Source: an archaeon 13_2_20CM_2_53_6 | Lineage (GTDB): Archaea > Thermoproteota > Bathyarchaeia > 40CM-2-53-6 | Assembly: GCA_001915065.1 (NCBI GenBank) | Contig: MNDT01000019.1 | Span: 1,264 to 65,263, forward strand | Direction: 5' to 3' | Length of the DNA stretch: 64,000 bases | Shown: positions 36,677-46,091 of the stretch, piece by piece | How positions within the stretch are numbered: position 1 is the stretch's first letter | Layout: each line of letters opens with the position of its first letter | The notes under the pieces: model-generated | The model's database searches: none | Told to the model about the DNA's origin: nothing | The model's input: the letters and a program-made list of their open reading frames with translations, nothing else | Program-made: the position numbers and the translations under genes

Positions 36677-37837
36677 TCACGGAGCGACCTGCATCGTCTT
36701 CTCCAGTGTTCGCGACCATGAATCGGCTACGACGTTCAGAGGAGTCGTTATCATAGGGTCTGACTTTTGTGCGAATTCCACTCTGCTTCCTTCGACTAGG
36801 CCAATCTTCGCAGCCGGAATTCTAGCCGTTCTCATCCGTCGAAGGATCCGGCTGGTGTTTTTCTGTCTCGATTCGAGGATGAATCTTGGCTTCGATTCGG
36901 AGAATAGTAGCTGATCGATTCTGTCTGTCTTGGCTGGGATATCATCTAGGCTGACAGTGAAGCCCTTCTGGCCCTGGATGGCCATCTCTGCGAGGCTGAC
37001 AGCCAGCCCACCCTTTGAAATATCGTGAGCGGCCTCGACGAGACCCGCTTTAACGATTCGGGTCATGGTGCGCATGATCGTCCGCTCCGTTCTCAGATTG
37101 ACTCTTGGGACCTGACCTCCCACCAGTCCATGGACGCTTTCGTAATATTCGCTGCCGCCGAGTCCTGGGAGCACTGTTCCGACAATGAGAAGGTCATCGC
37201 CTTCGCTTTGTAGAGCCGAGTCTATCTTTGGGGTCCTAGCATCTCGTAGTCCGAGCGCGGATATTACTGGAGAGGGTTTGATGGCGGTCCTATTCTCACT
37301 GTCTTCGTTGTAGAAGCTGACCTTGCCACCGACGCATGGGACTCGAACAGCATTCAGGTAGTCTCGCATTGCATGGATTGCTTCCTTGAATGTCCAGTAG
37401 ACTTCAGGGTTGCCGGGGTCTCCGTACTGGAGATGGTCTACAATGGCGACTGGCTCAGCGCCCGATGCGACGAGGTTGGAGAAGGCTTCACTGAGAATCC
37501 CGACCGTTCCCCAGTAGGGGTCAAGGTAGGCTTGCTTGCTATTGCCGTCGGTCGTGATTGCCAAGGTCTTACCGTTGGGTAGACGAAGCACGGCGCTGTC
37601 TCCTTGTCCCGGTTTGATGATGGTTCTGATTCCGACCTCGAAATCGTACTGGCGGTAGATCCATTCCCTGCTGCAAACGTTCGGGCTAGAGAGCAGTGCG
37701 AGTAGTGTCTCATTGAGATCTTCGGGAACCGGCGGCTCGGGAGCCCTAGCCAGCCCATCGAGGTAGGCTGGTTTCCTGCTCGAACGAGCGGCGAGTGGTG
37801 CTTCGGCCACAAATCTTGCCGGAGCCTTCGCAATCAC
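36677..37837 (-). CDS. purL: FGAM synthase II, C-terminal part
   Basis: The second PurM-like half: DPYWGTVGILSEAFSNLVASGAEP, VGGKVSFYNE, and AAHDISKGGLAVSLAEM. The in-frame upstream codons KLTRILDKWELGYSRIGRV also belong to PurL. Confidence 0.88.
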   Translation of the reverse strand: MIAKAPARFVAEAPLAARSSRKPAYLDGLARAPEPPVPEDLNETLLALLSSPNVCSREWIYRQYDFEVGIRTIIKPGQGDSAVLRLPNGKTLAITTDGNSKQAYLDPYWGTVGILSEAFSNLVASGAEPVAIVDHLQYGDPGNPEVYWTFKEAIHAMRDYLNAVRVPCVGGKVSFYNEDSENRTAIKPSPVISALGLRDARTPKIDSALQSEGDDLLIVGTVLPGLGGSEYYESVHGLVGGQVPRVNLRTERTIMRTMTRIVKAGLVEAAHDISKGGLAVSLAEMAIQGQKGFTVSLDDIPAKTDRIDQLLFSESKPRFILESRQKNTSRILRRMRTARIPAAKIGLVEGSRVEFAQKSDPMITTPLNVVADSWSRTLEKTMQVAP

Positions 37838-37933
37838 TTCTTGTCCGCGCCTGATGAGTAATATCCCGTCTCTAGTGACGCGTCCGATGCGAGAGTAGCC
37901 GAGCTCCCACTTGTCAAGAATCCGCGTGAGCTT

Positions 37934-38656
37934 TTACTCGTCGGCGGCTCGGACAACGAGTATCATTCTCTCCTGGGACTCGCTAATCATGACCTCAGAG
38001 GGGGGCATCCCTGGCTCACGAGTCCGCAGATTGTCCAAGTCGATCTCCACGCCTGTTCCTCCCTTGGCCGCCATCTCCGACAGTCCACATGTTAGACCTC
38101 CACCGCCGAGGTCTTTCATTCCCTGAACAAGGCCCGCGTCAACGGCCTCGAGGACCGCTTCAATGATCAGTTTCTTGATGAACGGATCAGGAACCTGGAC
38201 AGCGGATCTCTCGGTGTCCGACTTTTCGCTCAGGGTTCGACTGGCGAAGCTGGCCCCGCGAATCCCATCGCGACCCGTGCTGCCACCGACAACATAAACT
38301 GAATCGCCAGGGTGACGGGCTTCTGCAAGGACAAGCTTGTTCTTGCGGCCGAGTCCGAGGCAGACGACATCCACCAGACAGTTCCTCTCGAAGGACTGGT
38401 CGAATTCCAATTCTCCTCCAACGGTTGGAACCCCTATGCAGTTTCCATAATCGCCTATTCCCCGGACGACATTGTCGAAGAGCCAGCGGCTGTGGCTGCT
38501 GTTGAGGCTGCCGAATCGTAGAGGGTCGAGTAGCGCGATGGGCCGAGTTCCTAGCGCGAGAATGTCTCTAACGACACCTCCAACGCCGGTGGCGGCACCG
38601 CCGTAGGGGTCTATGGCGCTGGGGTGATTGTGAGACTCGATGTGTAGTGTTGCCAC
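37934..38656 (-). CDS. purL: FGAM synthase II, N-terminal/central part
   Basis: [73 protein letters not shown], and [12 protein letters not shown]. It ends at a TAA in frame with 36677..37837. Confidence 0.88.
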   Translation of the reverse strand: MATLHIESHNHPSAIDPYGGAATGVGGVVRDILALGTRPIALLDPLRFGSLNSSHSRWLFDNVVRGIGDYGNCIGVPTVGGELEFDQSFERNCLVDVVCLGLGRKNKLVLAEARHPGDSVYVVGGSTGRDGIRGASFASRTLSEKSDTERSAVQVPDPFIKKLIIEAVLEAVDAGLVQGMKDLGGGGLTCGLSEMAAKGGTGVEIDLDNLRTREPGMPPSEVMISESQERMILVVRAADE

Positions 38657-38777
38657 CCAGCCGTTGCCGAGGTTGATGACTCCGGCATCATATCCGGGTC
38701 CGACAAGGACCCTAGCTTCTTGACGGCGTAACGAATCTCCTCGTCGGTCAGATTCGGCTTTTGAACTTGGACGACGG

Positions 38778-38981
38778 TCACTCCGTCTCCTCCCGTGCCT
38801 TGAACATCAGTAGGACGGTTCGCGAGCCTACTATGGCTCCGGCGATGAATCCGATTACGAATCCGAGAATGCTCGCAAACAACCAGCTGATGTAACCTGC
38901 CGCGACTCCGGCGATCAGTCCGGCAAGGATGGCTCGTGGCATCGGGCTGGGCTTTCGGATCTCGCTGTTTGAATCGCTCAT
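38778..38981 (-). CDS. Tiny 2-TM protein (67 aa) inside the pur operon
   Basis: 4-nt overlaps with both neighbours. Confidence 0.5.
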   Translation of the reverse strand: MSDSNSEIRKPSPMPRAILAGLIAGVAAGYISWLFASILGFVIGFIAGAIVGSRTVLLMFKAREETE

Positions 38982-39172
38982 TCCTTCACATCCTTCTTGA
39001 GGATGAGCGAGAGACCGAGGGCTATCATGACTGCACCGTAACCTGCTGGCCCGAAGGCGCCTATCCCAAAATAGAAGCTGGTGACGGGAAGACTGATCAG
39101 CGATACTACGCCGAGGGTTATGGCAAAAACGCCGAGAACTATGCGCTTTTTGGAACGAGAGGGCTGGCTCAT
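38978..39172 (-). CDS. Tiny 2-TM protein (64 aa) inside the pur operon
   Basis: ATGA overlaps with both neighbours. Confidence 0.5.
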   Translation of the reverse strand: MSQPSRSKKRIVLGVFAITLGVVSLISLPVTSFYFGIGAFGPAGYGAVMIALGLSLILKKDVKE

Positions 39173-39426
39173 CTTGCGGGTCGACTCTTCTCGATTCTGA
39201 AGAAGTAGAGGGTTACTGTGATTAGTGCTCCTCCAGCGAATCCCAGGAAGAAGCCTTGTGTTGTGTTGGGGCTTGTTATGAGACCAACTATCAGTCCTGC
39301 GATTAGTCCCACGACGATGATTCCGAATATCGATACGCGAGGCCTCTGACTACTTCCTCCAAGAGCTTTCTCCTGGATCTCAGCGAGAAGCGTCTTGTCC
39401 AAGTAACTAGTCAGCGCTTTACGCAC
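39169..39426 (-). CDS. Small 2-TM protein (85 aa) inside the pur operon
   Basis: It overlaps the purQ stop by 8 nt and the next ORF by 4 nt. Confidence 0.5.
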   Translation of the reverse strand: MRKALTSYLDKTLLAEIQEKALGGSSQRPRVSIFGIIVVGLIAGLIVGLITSPNTTQGFFLGFAGGALITVTLYFFRIEKSRPAR

Positions 39427-40132
39427 CGGCCGGGTTCAGTGTTCTCATCACGGAGTCAAAGATCATTCTGCCATCGTCTCGACCGTCTGGTGAAAGAACG
39501 CGGAGCGAGGCTCTCTCCGGATGAGGCATGAGTCCCATGACATTTCCTTTCTCATTGCATATTCCAGCAATGTTGTCTATCGACCCGTTGGGGTTGGCAT
39601 CTTCGGTGGGCTCGTTCGCTTCGTTCACGTATCTCATTACGATCTGCGCGTTCCTCTCTAGCTCGCGAATCTCGTTACTGTCAAGATAGTATCGTCCCTC
39701 GTTGTGAGCGATCGGGATCCTTAGCGTCTGTCCTTTCTGGGCTAGAGTGGTGAAGGGCGTTCGAGTGGTTTCGACTCTCAACCGGGTCCAGGTGCAGACG
39801 AAGCGCAGTCCGCTGTTGCGCAAGACTGCTCCGGGTAGTAGTCCCGCCTCTACAAGTATCTGGAGTCCGTTGCATATTCCTAGAACGGGTTTGTTCTGTT
39901 CCACGGCTTCTCGTATGATTTTGAGGCTCGGGCTTGTGGCGGCAATAGCGCCAGCGCGGAGATAGTCGCCGTAGCTGAAGCCACCCGGCAAGACGTACGC
40001 ATCATAGTCGTCCGCTTTGAGATCCTTGTGCCAGACTAGCTCCGCCTTTGTCTTCTCTACTTTCTGGAGAACTTCTAGGGCGTCTAGGTCGCAGTTACTT
40101 CCCGGGTATTGTATTACTGCGACCCTGCTCAT
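39419..40132 (-). CDS. purQ: FGAM synthase glutaminase subunit
   Basis: VIQYPGSNCD, GGFSYGDYLRAG, GICNGLQIL, AHNEGRY, and MPHPER. Confidence 0.92.
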   Translation of the reverse strand: MSRVAVIQYPGSNCDLDALEVLQKVEKTKAELVWHKDLKADDYDAYVLPGGFSYGDYLRAGAIAATSPSLKIIREAVEQNKPVLGICNGLQILVEAGLLPGAVLRNSGLRFVCTWTRLRVETTRTPFTTLAQKGQTLRIPIAHNEGRYYLDSNEIRELERNAQIVMRYVNEANEPTEDANPNGSIDNIAGICNEKGNVMGLMPHPERASLRVLSPDGRDDGRMIFDSVMRTLNPAGA

Positions 40133-40139
40133 GAGTCTG

Positions 40140-40409
40140 TTATCCTACGTTTCTGACTTGGCAGGTATGAGCGGCAGGGTTGTATATCCGTAAATCATCG
40201 CAGAGTCTCTTGACCAGATCGCGTGCCTGATCAGGAGAACTGGCTTCGACGCTCATCCGAAGCAGTTTGCCGGCACGTACGTTTGTGACTTGGTTGTAGC
40301 CGCCCTTAATGATCAGGTTATGGTGTATCGTTTCGCCTTCAGGGTCTCGAGCTAGGGGCTTGTTCTCAACGATGACTTCGATTACGTAGGTGCGATTGGA
40401 CATTCGCAA
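40140..40409 (-). CDS. purS: FGAM synthase PurS subunit
   Basis: About 85 aa with DPEGETI and RAGKLLRM motifs, directly upstream of purQ. Confidence 0.85.
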   Translation of the reverse strand: MRMSNRTYVIEVIVENKPLARDPEGETIHHNLIIKGGYNQVTNVRAGKLLRMSVEASSPDQARDLVKRLCDDLRIYNPAAHTCQVRNVG

Positions 40410-40462
40410 GTACGATTAAATCCCGAGCGGTATTAAGCCCTTTTTTGACTGGTTTGTGCCAA

Positions 40463-41404
40463 CTAGCTCCGAACGATTGAAGGTCTAAGTTCTTCCTTTC
40501 GGAAGATGAGGCAGTACTGGTGGTGTCTGTTTCCAACCCAGGCGTTGTAGACTCCCAGCGGGAGGAGAGTCTTGTCGTCTTGACACCAAACCTTCTCGTC
40601 CTTTGGAGTCCAGGCATGCGGCTCTTGAGAAAGAGTCGAGACGGTGTCGAAGGCTAACGGGTACATTCTACCTTGAGCGAAGACGTTGTTGGTGATCACG
40701 GTCAAGTAACCGTTGGGCTTCATCACCTTGTAGACCTCGTCAAAATGTAGCTTCATTGCATTCATGAAGCCTCGGTAGTCTTCAATGTTGCCGATCTCTT
40801 CGGGATTATCGCTGTAATCTGTGTCAAGACCCTTCTCCACCCGTCCCTTCTGACGGATACTGTTCCTCTTGAGCTGGTTCCAGTACGGAGGAGAGGTGAT
40901 GCAATAATCGGCGGGCGGAAATCGCTTCTCCTTCCAAGTCTCTGAGAGTTTCTTTGAATCGGCTTGAATCACTTCGGCCCAACACGTTTTCTTTCTCGCG
41001 GGACCGTCTCCACCTCGCTTCCCGTTCAACGCGTCGGCAACGCGTCTCTTTGATATCTCAGCGAATTTACCTACAATCTCAAATCCTACTCCTGATCTGC
41101 CTGCCTCAACGGCCGCTACGAGGCTGCTTCCGGTTCCCAGAAACGGGTCAATGACTATCTCTCCTCTCTTGGTGAAGAAGAGGATAAACTCACGAACCAG
41201 GGATTCTGGAAAGGAGGCGGGATGCCGAAGCTTCTGGTCGCCTCGGGGTTTGGGTCGATGGACAAACCATGATTTTGTGAACTTGATCCAGTCCTTACCG
41301 GATAATTCGTTGAGCTTGTTTTCTCGAGCCCATGATCTTGCCTTCTCTCCAGATGCCACGCGAGCTTCGACCGTTGGAAGCAGTTCGATCTTCTGCGTCT
41401 TCAA
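40463..41404 (-). CDS. DNA amino-methyltransferase, motif order X/I before IV (SPPY, N4-C or N6-A type)
   Basis: HPASFPESLVREFILFFTKRGEIVIDPFLGTGSSLVAAVEAGRSGVGFEI, then DYCITSPPYWN. Confidence 0.8.
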   Translation of the reverse strand: MKTQKIELLPTVEARVASGEKARSWARENKLNELSGKDWIKFTKSWFVHRPKPRGDQKLRHPASFPESLVREFILFFTKRGEIVIDPFLGTGSSLVAAVEAGRSGVGFEIVGKFAEISKRRVADALNGKRGGDGPARKKTCWAEVIQADSKKLSETWKEKRFPPADYCITSPPYWNQLKRNSIRQKGRVEKGLDTDYSDNPEEIGNIEDYRGFMNAMKLHFDEVYKVMKPNGYLTVITNNVFAQGRMYPLAFDTVSTLSQEPHAWTPKDEKVWCQDDKTLLPLGVYNAWVGNRHHQYCLIFRKEELRPSIVRS

Positions 41405-41886
41405 AGGTCGAGTAAGTCTCCTCTGATCTCGCTATCCACTGTCAATATTCCGTAACTTTTCTTGAGGGCGGGGAATTTGCCCGTAGCGCTTCCGGGATTG
41501 AACCAGAGAACGCCTTCCTTCACTGCGTTCTTGGTCCTATGGCTGTGACCATGAACGATCGCCTGGACATTCTGGAATTTTCGTCGAATCCTCTGTTCGA
41601 TATTGGTGGGCGGTCCACCCTCAGCGGGATGATTCACTCCTATCCTAAAACCTCCAGCCTCAATCGTATCGATCTCTGGAAGCTCGCGCCTGATGTCGGG
41701 TCCATCGATGTTCCCATAGACGCCCCTGAATTTGCCTATCTTGCGTAGATCGTCGAGGAGCTGCTTGCCGGTGAAATCGCCTGCGTGAATTATCAGGTCT
41801 GCATCTGAGAGCTCATCTACGAGTTTGTCTGACAGAGAATCTATCGAATCGGTGTGAGTGTCAGAGATGACTATGATCCGGGTCAA
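41401..41886 (-). CDS. MJ0936/YfcE-type metallophosphoesterase
   Basis: IIVISDTHTD, HAGDF, GNIDG, HGHSH, and NPGS. There is a 4-nt overlap with the methyltransferase start. Confidence 0.85.
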   Translation of the reverse strand: MTRIIVISDTHTDSIDSLSDKLVDELSDADLIIHAGDFTGKQLLDDLRKIGKFRGVYGNIDGPDIRRELPEIDTIEAGGFRIGVNHPAEGGPPTNIEQRIRRKFQNVQAIVHGHSHRTKNAVKEGVLWFNPGSATGKFPALKKSYGILTVDSEIRGDLLDL

Positions 41887-41898
41887 GGGTAGGCTGTC

Positions 41899-42413
41899 TT
41901 ACGAAACAGAGATCTGTCTCCTTCCTCCGAACTCAGGATAGAGATGTTCCGATGCAGTTATACCTTGAATCGTCTCGACCTCTGCGTTTCCCAACCCTTC
42001 CCTCTTGGCTTCGAGTAGGCTTCTGTGGAGTAGTTTCGATCCGATTCCTTGTCTCTGCTCCTCAGGAGCCACAACTACACCTGTGAAAAACCTGGCAACT
42101 CCAGATTTCCTTTCGAAAATGATACCGTTCATCCCAACGATCTTTCCGTCTTTTTCGACCACTAACATACGTCCGTCGGAACGTCTTGTACATGCATCGC
42201 GAAACCAGGTAGCGGCGCCACGTGGGGTCCATCGTTTCAGATACTCCGTCCAGGGAGATCCTGGCTGAGGCCTCGGTGCCAGACCTCTGCGACCATATCG
42301 AATTCACTCTCCTTTGCAACTCTGACCTGCAAGGATTCTAGTTTGTACTCGGTATCCGGAACGCTTGATAGGTCCCACTTGAACACGCAATAGAACAGCC
42401 CGAAAGGAGTCAT
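41899..42413 (-). pseudogene. GNAT acetyltransferase interrupted by a frameshift near 42250-42262
   Basis: The track ORF 41899..42168 holds the Q/R-x-x-G-x-G core (EEQRQGIGSKLL). Own translation shows the N-terminal part (ATG 42413 ... LQVRVAKESEFDMVAEVWHRGLSQDLP) in another frame. Confidence 0.6.
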
Positions 42414-42548
42414 CTCTTATCGTACGCTCCTCAATGATGTCTAAAGGCCTATCTGCTCTGATTATGGCCGGTTGTTAACGGAACATCTGCATATCTCGGG
42501 CTAGGAAAAAAAAGGGGTGTTTAGGCTCGTTGCCTGCGAGCCCTAGAA

Positions 42549-42998
42549 CTACTTCTTGGGTTTGGTGAAGGCAGTGGCGACGGCGATGACAACCGCGATC
42601 AGGAAGAGGGCGCCGCCGATTATCAGTGATGCTGCTTGAGAGAGTGTCTGGTCTGCGGGTAGTGTTGCCGTCTCAATGTTCAGCAGGAAGTATCCGACGG
42701 CGTAGAATACGCCTGCGACTATGAAGCCCTTGAAATTGTTGATGACTCCTGGAAGGCTCTCTGGTAGGGGGCTGTGGTCTGAGAGTGTTGAGAGTCCCAG
42801 GTAGAGCGCTGATGCAAAGGCGTAGCCTGCGATGATTAGCATTGCCCATCCCTGAAGCTGTGTCGTGGTATTGGTGACGAAGCTCTTGGCGCTGATCGTG
42901 AGGTAGGCGCTGAAGGCCATGAGCACTGTGCCCACAGCCAGGTTCTGCCAGTGCTTGAAGGCAACCGTCAGCGACTCAGGTCCAATCTGTTTCAACAT
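42549..42998 (-). CDS. 4-TM membrane protein
   Basis: Hydrophobic 149-aa ORF. Confidence 0.55.
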   Translation of the reverse strand: MLKQIGPESLTVAFKHWQNLAVGTVLMAFSAYLTISAKSFVTNTTTQLQGWAMLIIAGYAFASALYLGLSTLSDHSPLPESLPGVINNFKGFIVAGVFYAVGYFLLNIETATLPADQTLSQAASLIIGGALFLIAVVIAVATAFTKPKK

Positions 42999-43298
42999 TT
43001 TTCTTCGAAAGTCCTGACTTCGGTTCCGGGTCTAAAAACCCGTTCTTGATCAAAAATTGGACAGCGAATATCGAACATTCTCGCCGTTCACAACCAATTT
43101 TCGCCGAACAAATCACAACGCTGGGTCATGTTTGCAATGAGTGCATATGATTGACGAAGCGAAAGACTGAGAGCAGACGCCGGCTATCCTGAGATATAGC
43201 TCGGAGGTTTAGCGAAACATGAATCGGGTGAAGGTCAAAGTGAAAGAAAGGAAAGATGGTAGAGAAAAGATTGTGGAGGGTTTAAACTCTGGTCTTGG

Positions 43299-43499
43299 CT
43301 AGCGCCTCTTGAGTCCATCGTCGATTATGATCCTATCACGGAACTCCACTGGGTAGATCCACAGCTGTTTTCGAATCATGAACACTCGAATGCACTCTTC
43401 GCAGAGGAACCCTCCTGTCACCCTCGTTCCTGGCGCGATTCTCCCGCACTTAGCACAGAGGCCCTTTTCTACTCCTCGTTGAAGTGTTCGGTTTGGCAT
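43299..43499 (-). CDS. Small zinc-ribbon protein
   Basis: CAKCG ... CEEC pairs in 66 aa. Confidence 0.5.
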   Translation of the reverse strand: MPNRTLQRGVEKGLCAKCGRIAPGTRVTGGFLCEECIRVFMIRKQLWIYPVEFRDRIIIDDGLKRR

Positions 43500-43731
43500 T
43501 TTTGCTCAGAATTCTGATCGCCGGTCGTTTTGCTCGATAAATGTCTGTCGTTGTTCAGGCAATTGAAACGCTCTGATCACGAATCTTTCGCGATCTGAAG
43601 ATATCTCCAGTGCGATTCGCGAATATCGTTACATTGCCTAGCCTAGTGTGTCATCCAGGAACCAAATCTTGCGCCAACTTATTAGCCTAGAACGATGCTG
43701 GCAAGGTGGTCGGGACCTGGGGCTCGTGAAG

Positions 43732-44392
43732 ATGGTCAAGGCGCCTGATACCGAGGCTGATGGTGACTTGACCACCAAGGGAGCTAGGGACGTTGGTTGG
43801 ACGGAGGTTGGGCTATTCCTGCTAATCACGTCCATTATCCCCACCATAATCTTCGGTCTGTTCTGGCTTAACCGTTATTTTGATTATTTTCCAATCCTCG
43901 GATACCTCGGATTCTTTTGGTTCATTGCTGGGTCGTCGTTCATTGTTCTGGGGCGCAAGTCTTTCGGTGCTAAGCATTCCAACTACGCAATTTTTCTCCA
44001 TCTCCGTCATAGCCATCGTTGATCTTCTACTGGAAACGGGTAATTTTAATTTCAACTTGCCGCTCGTCCCAGCTGGGACCGTGTTTGTCATACTGACGGC
44101 AGTGCAAGGCATCCCGTCAGTTCTCTTGACTTATGGATTGCAAGGTAGGGGAGGCCGCGCTCTGTTGTGGGGGGCGTACGGGGGCGGCATAGTTTGGTCT
44201 GCTACTCTCGTGTATGAGGGCTGGAGAGGGCCTTTTGGATTTCTTGCAGGCCCCATCAGCATACTCCTAACTCTTGCTCCTTCGGGAATCTTCACGGTAG
44301 CCTTCTGCTTGGCGTTTTATCGTCTCAGGAAGAGAGTGATTCCCGCTAGCTTGTTTAGGGCCGGAGCAGCAAGTAGATTATTGTCAAGCTGA
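43732..44392 (+). pseudogene. Polytopic membrane protein apparently split by a frameshift at a T5 run (about 43991-43995)
   Basis: Track ORFs 43648..44022 and 43880..44392 are both hydrophobic and overlap. Joining them at the T-run gives a continuous TM protein. Confidence 0.4.
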
Positions 44393-44570
44393 TCGGAATG
44401 GCCGCAATCGTTTCGGTGAAAGAGGCACGATCCTCTCGGTCGTTACATGATTCCTTCGGCTGGCATAGAGGGGTTACATCATTCCATTATTCGGCCGAGA
44501 TTCCATGCGACAATAGAACCGAGCATTGGCCCCGAGGAGACCCTCCCATCCGGCTAGAACTGTCCATTCT

Positions 44571-46037
44571 ATGGTAGACGAGGAATTGAGGGTCTACACT
44601 CACAAGAGCATCATCAAAACCCTCGGACGCCAGTATGCTGACGCTGCTCAGTTCTTCGTGGAGCTCGTCGTCAACTCGTGGATGTGGGGCGAGTCGACCA
44701 AGGTCGAGATTCGCATTCCAGAGAACGGGTCCACCATCGAGTATGAGGAATGGGGGAACGGCATGGACCTCGTAGGGTTGCGAGAGTTTCTCACCAAAGG
44801 GAAGTTGACTGACGAGGGCTTCTCGCCCAAGTACAAGCGTCCGATACGTGAATCGTACGGTATGGGTAGTCTTGCCTGGCTTACTGTTGGTAAGGAGTTG
44901 GAGCTTCAGGTTCACAGAGGCCGTTTTGATCGCACGATTACTCTGACGGAGAACCTCATCGACAAATACTGGGACGCTATAGACCAGTCGACTTGGAGAC
45001 CGCTTCGACTCGTCCAAGCGCCTCTGAATCATGATGGTTTGAGAATTCGCATTCGTTCACTCATCAAGAAACCTGATCCTGCAGATGTCCGGAGAGCTCT
45101 GCTGGCCCGGGCCAACGTTCTTGCGCTTCGAGGATACGGACCCTTCGAGGTCACTGTCAATGGAGAGCAGGTGAAGCCTGAGGAGTTGAGAGGGTCGACG
45201 CTGCTTCCGGTCAACATTGCAACAGAATACGGAAGGATAACGGGCGAGATCATGATAATGCCGATATCGAAGGTCCGAGCCGGAATATCAGAGGCAGGAA
45301 TAAGCGTTCAACAGAAACACATCACCTGTCTCCAACACCAGTTCTTCGGTCTAGACCAGTACCGGACCCATGGCCTGTCCCGAATCCAGGGCTGGGTCAA
45401 CGCCGACTTCCTACGACGACTTCCCGGAGGAAACGATTTCGAACATGACAGTCCACAGTGGAGAGTCTTCGAGAAGGCATTACGAGGATTCGTGAGGAAC
45501 AAGGTCTACAAGTCTCTGAGACAATCAGCCAGTCGAAGAGAGCTCAGAAGCATCCAGTATCTTAATCACGAGATCGCCGAAAGGCTTCGACGAAGTTTCA
45601 AACGAAACATACAGATTCTCTCGAAGGCAATGGTGAAGGCAAAGACAGTTCCGAAGATAAACGCGGTACCTGGCAAGACACGGAAGGAAATTGTTCTCGG
45701 AGAAAGGAAACGCCGGAGAGGAAAGAAGCACGATCGGGAAGCTACTCGAAGCGTAATCCATCTCAAGGACCAGATCCTGGCGTTCGATGTTGCTCACGGT
45801 GGAGACCGGGGCCAAGCGTACGTCGAGACGGACAAGAGCGGTGTCCGGACGGTCTACGTGAACATGGATCATCCGATGTGGGACGTGGAATCGAACCTGA
45901 CGCCCACGAAGCTCCGATACTGTATAAGACAGATTCTTGAAAGGTCCATAACCGAAGAGATCCTGCCAGTCAATCCTTCCACGCCCGAAGAGACCTTTTC
46001 GACTCTCGATGCTCTATACAATGATGCCCTAAACTAG
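44571..46037 (+). CDS. GHKL-superfamily (HATPase_c_3 / MORC-like) ATPase with an uncharacterised C-terminal region
   Basis: N-box-like FVELVVNSWMWG, G1 EWGNGMD, and G2 ESYGMGSLAW. A basic stretch (GERKRRRGKKH) is followed by a conserved-looking tail. I prefer ATG 44571 over TTG 44526. Confidence 0.65.
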   Translation: MVDEELRVYTHKSIIKTLGRQYADAAQFFVELVVNSWMWGESTKVEIRIPENGSTIEYEEWGNGMDLVGLREFLTKGKLTDEGFSPKYKRPIRESYGMGSLAWLTVGKELELQVHRGRFDRTITLTENLIDKYWDAIDQSTWRPLRLVQAPLNHDGLRIRIRSLIKKPDPADVRRALLARANVLALRGYGPFEVTVNGEQVKPEELRGSTLLPVNIATEYGRITGEIMIMPISKVRAGISEAGISVQQKHITCLQHQFFGLDQYRTHGLSRIQGWVNADFLRRLPGGNDFEHDSPQWRVFEKALRGFVRNKVYKSLRQSASRRELRSIQYLNHEIAERLRRSFKRNIQILSKAMVKAKTVPKINAVPGKTRKEIVLGERKRRRGKKHDREATRSVIHLKDQILAFDVAHGGDRGQAYVETDKSGVRTVYVNMDHPMWDVESNLTPTKLRYCIRQILERSITEEILPVNPSTPEETFSTLDALYNDALN

Positions 46038-46091
46038 GGTTACCGTGAGAAGGCGTTCGCGCATATTAGCGGCTACACAGTCCTAGGCCAC

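Noticed and set aside
44487-45032. 181-aa minus-strand ORF overlapping the 5' part of the GHKL ATPase gene.
   Set aside because: It is antisense to a region carrying recognisable Bergerat-fold motifs. It has no motifs of its own, so it is a likely shadow ORF.
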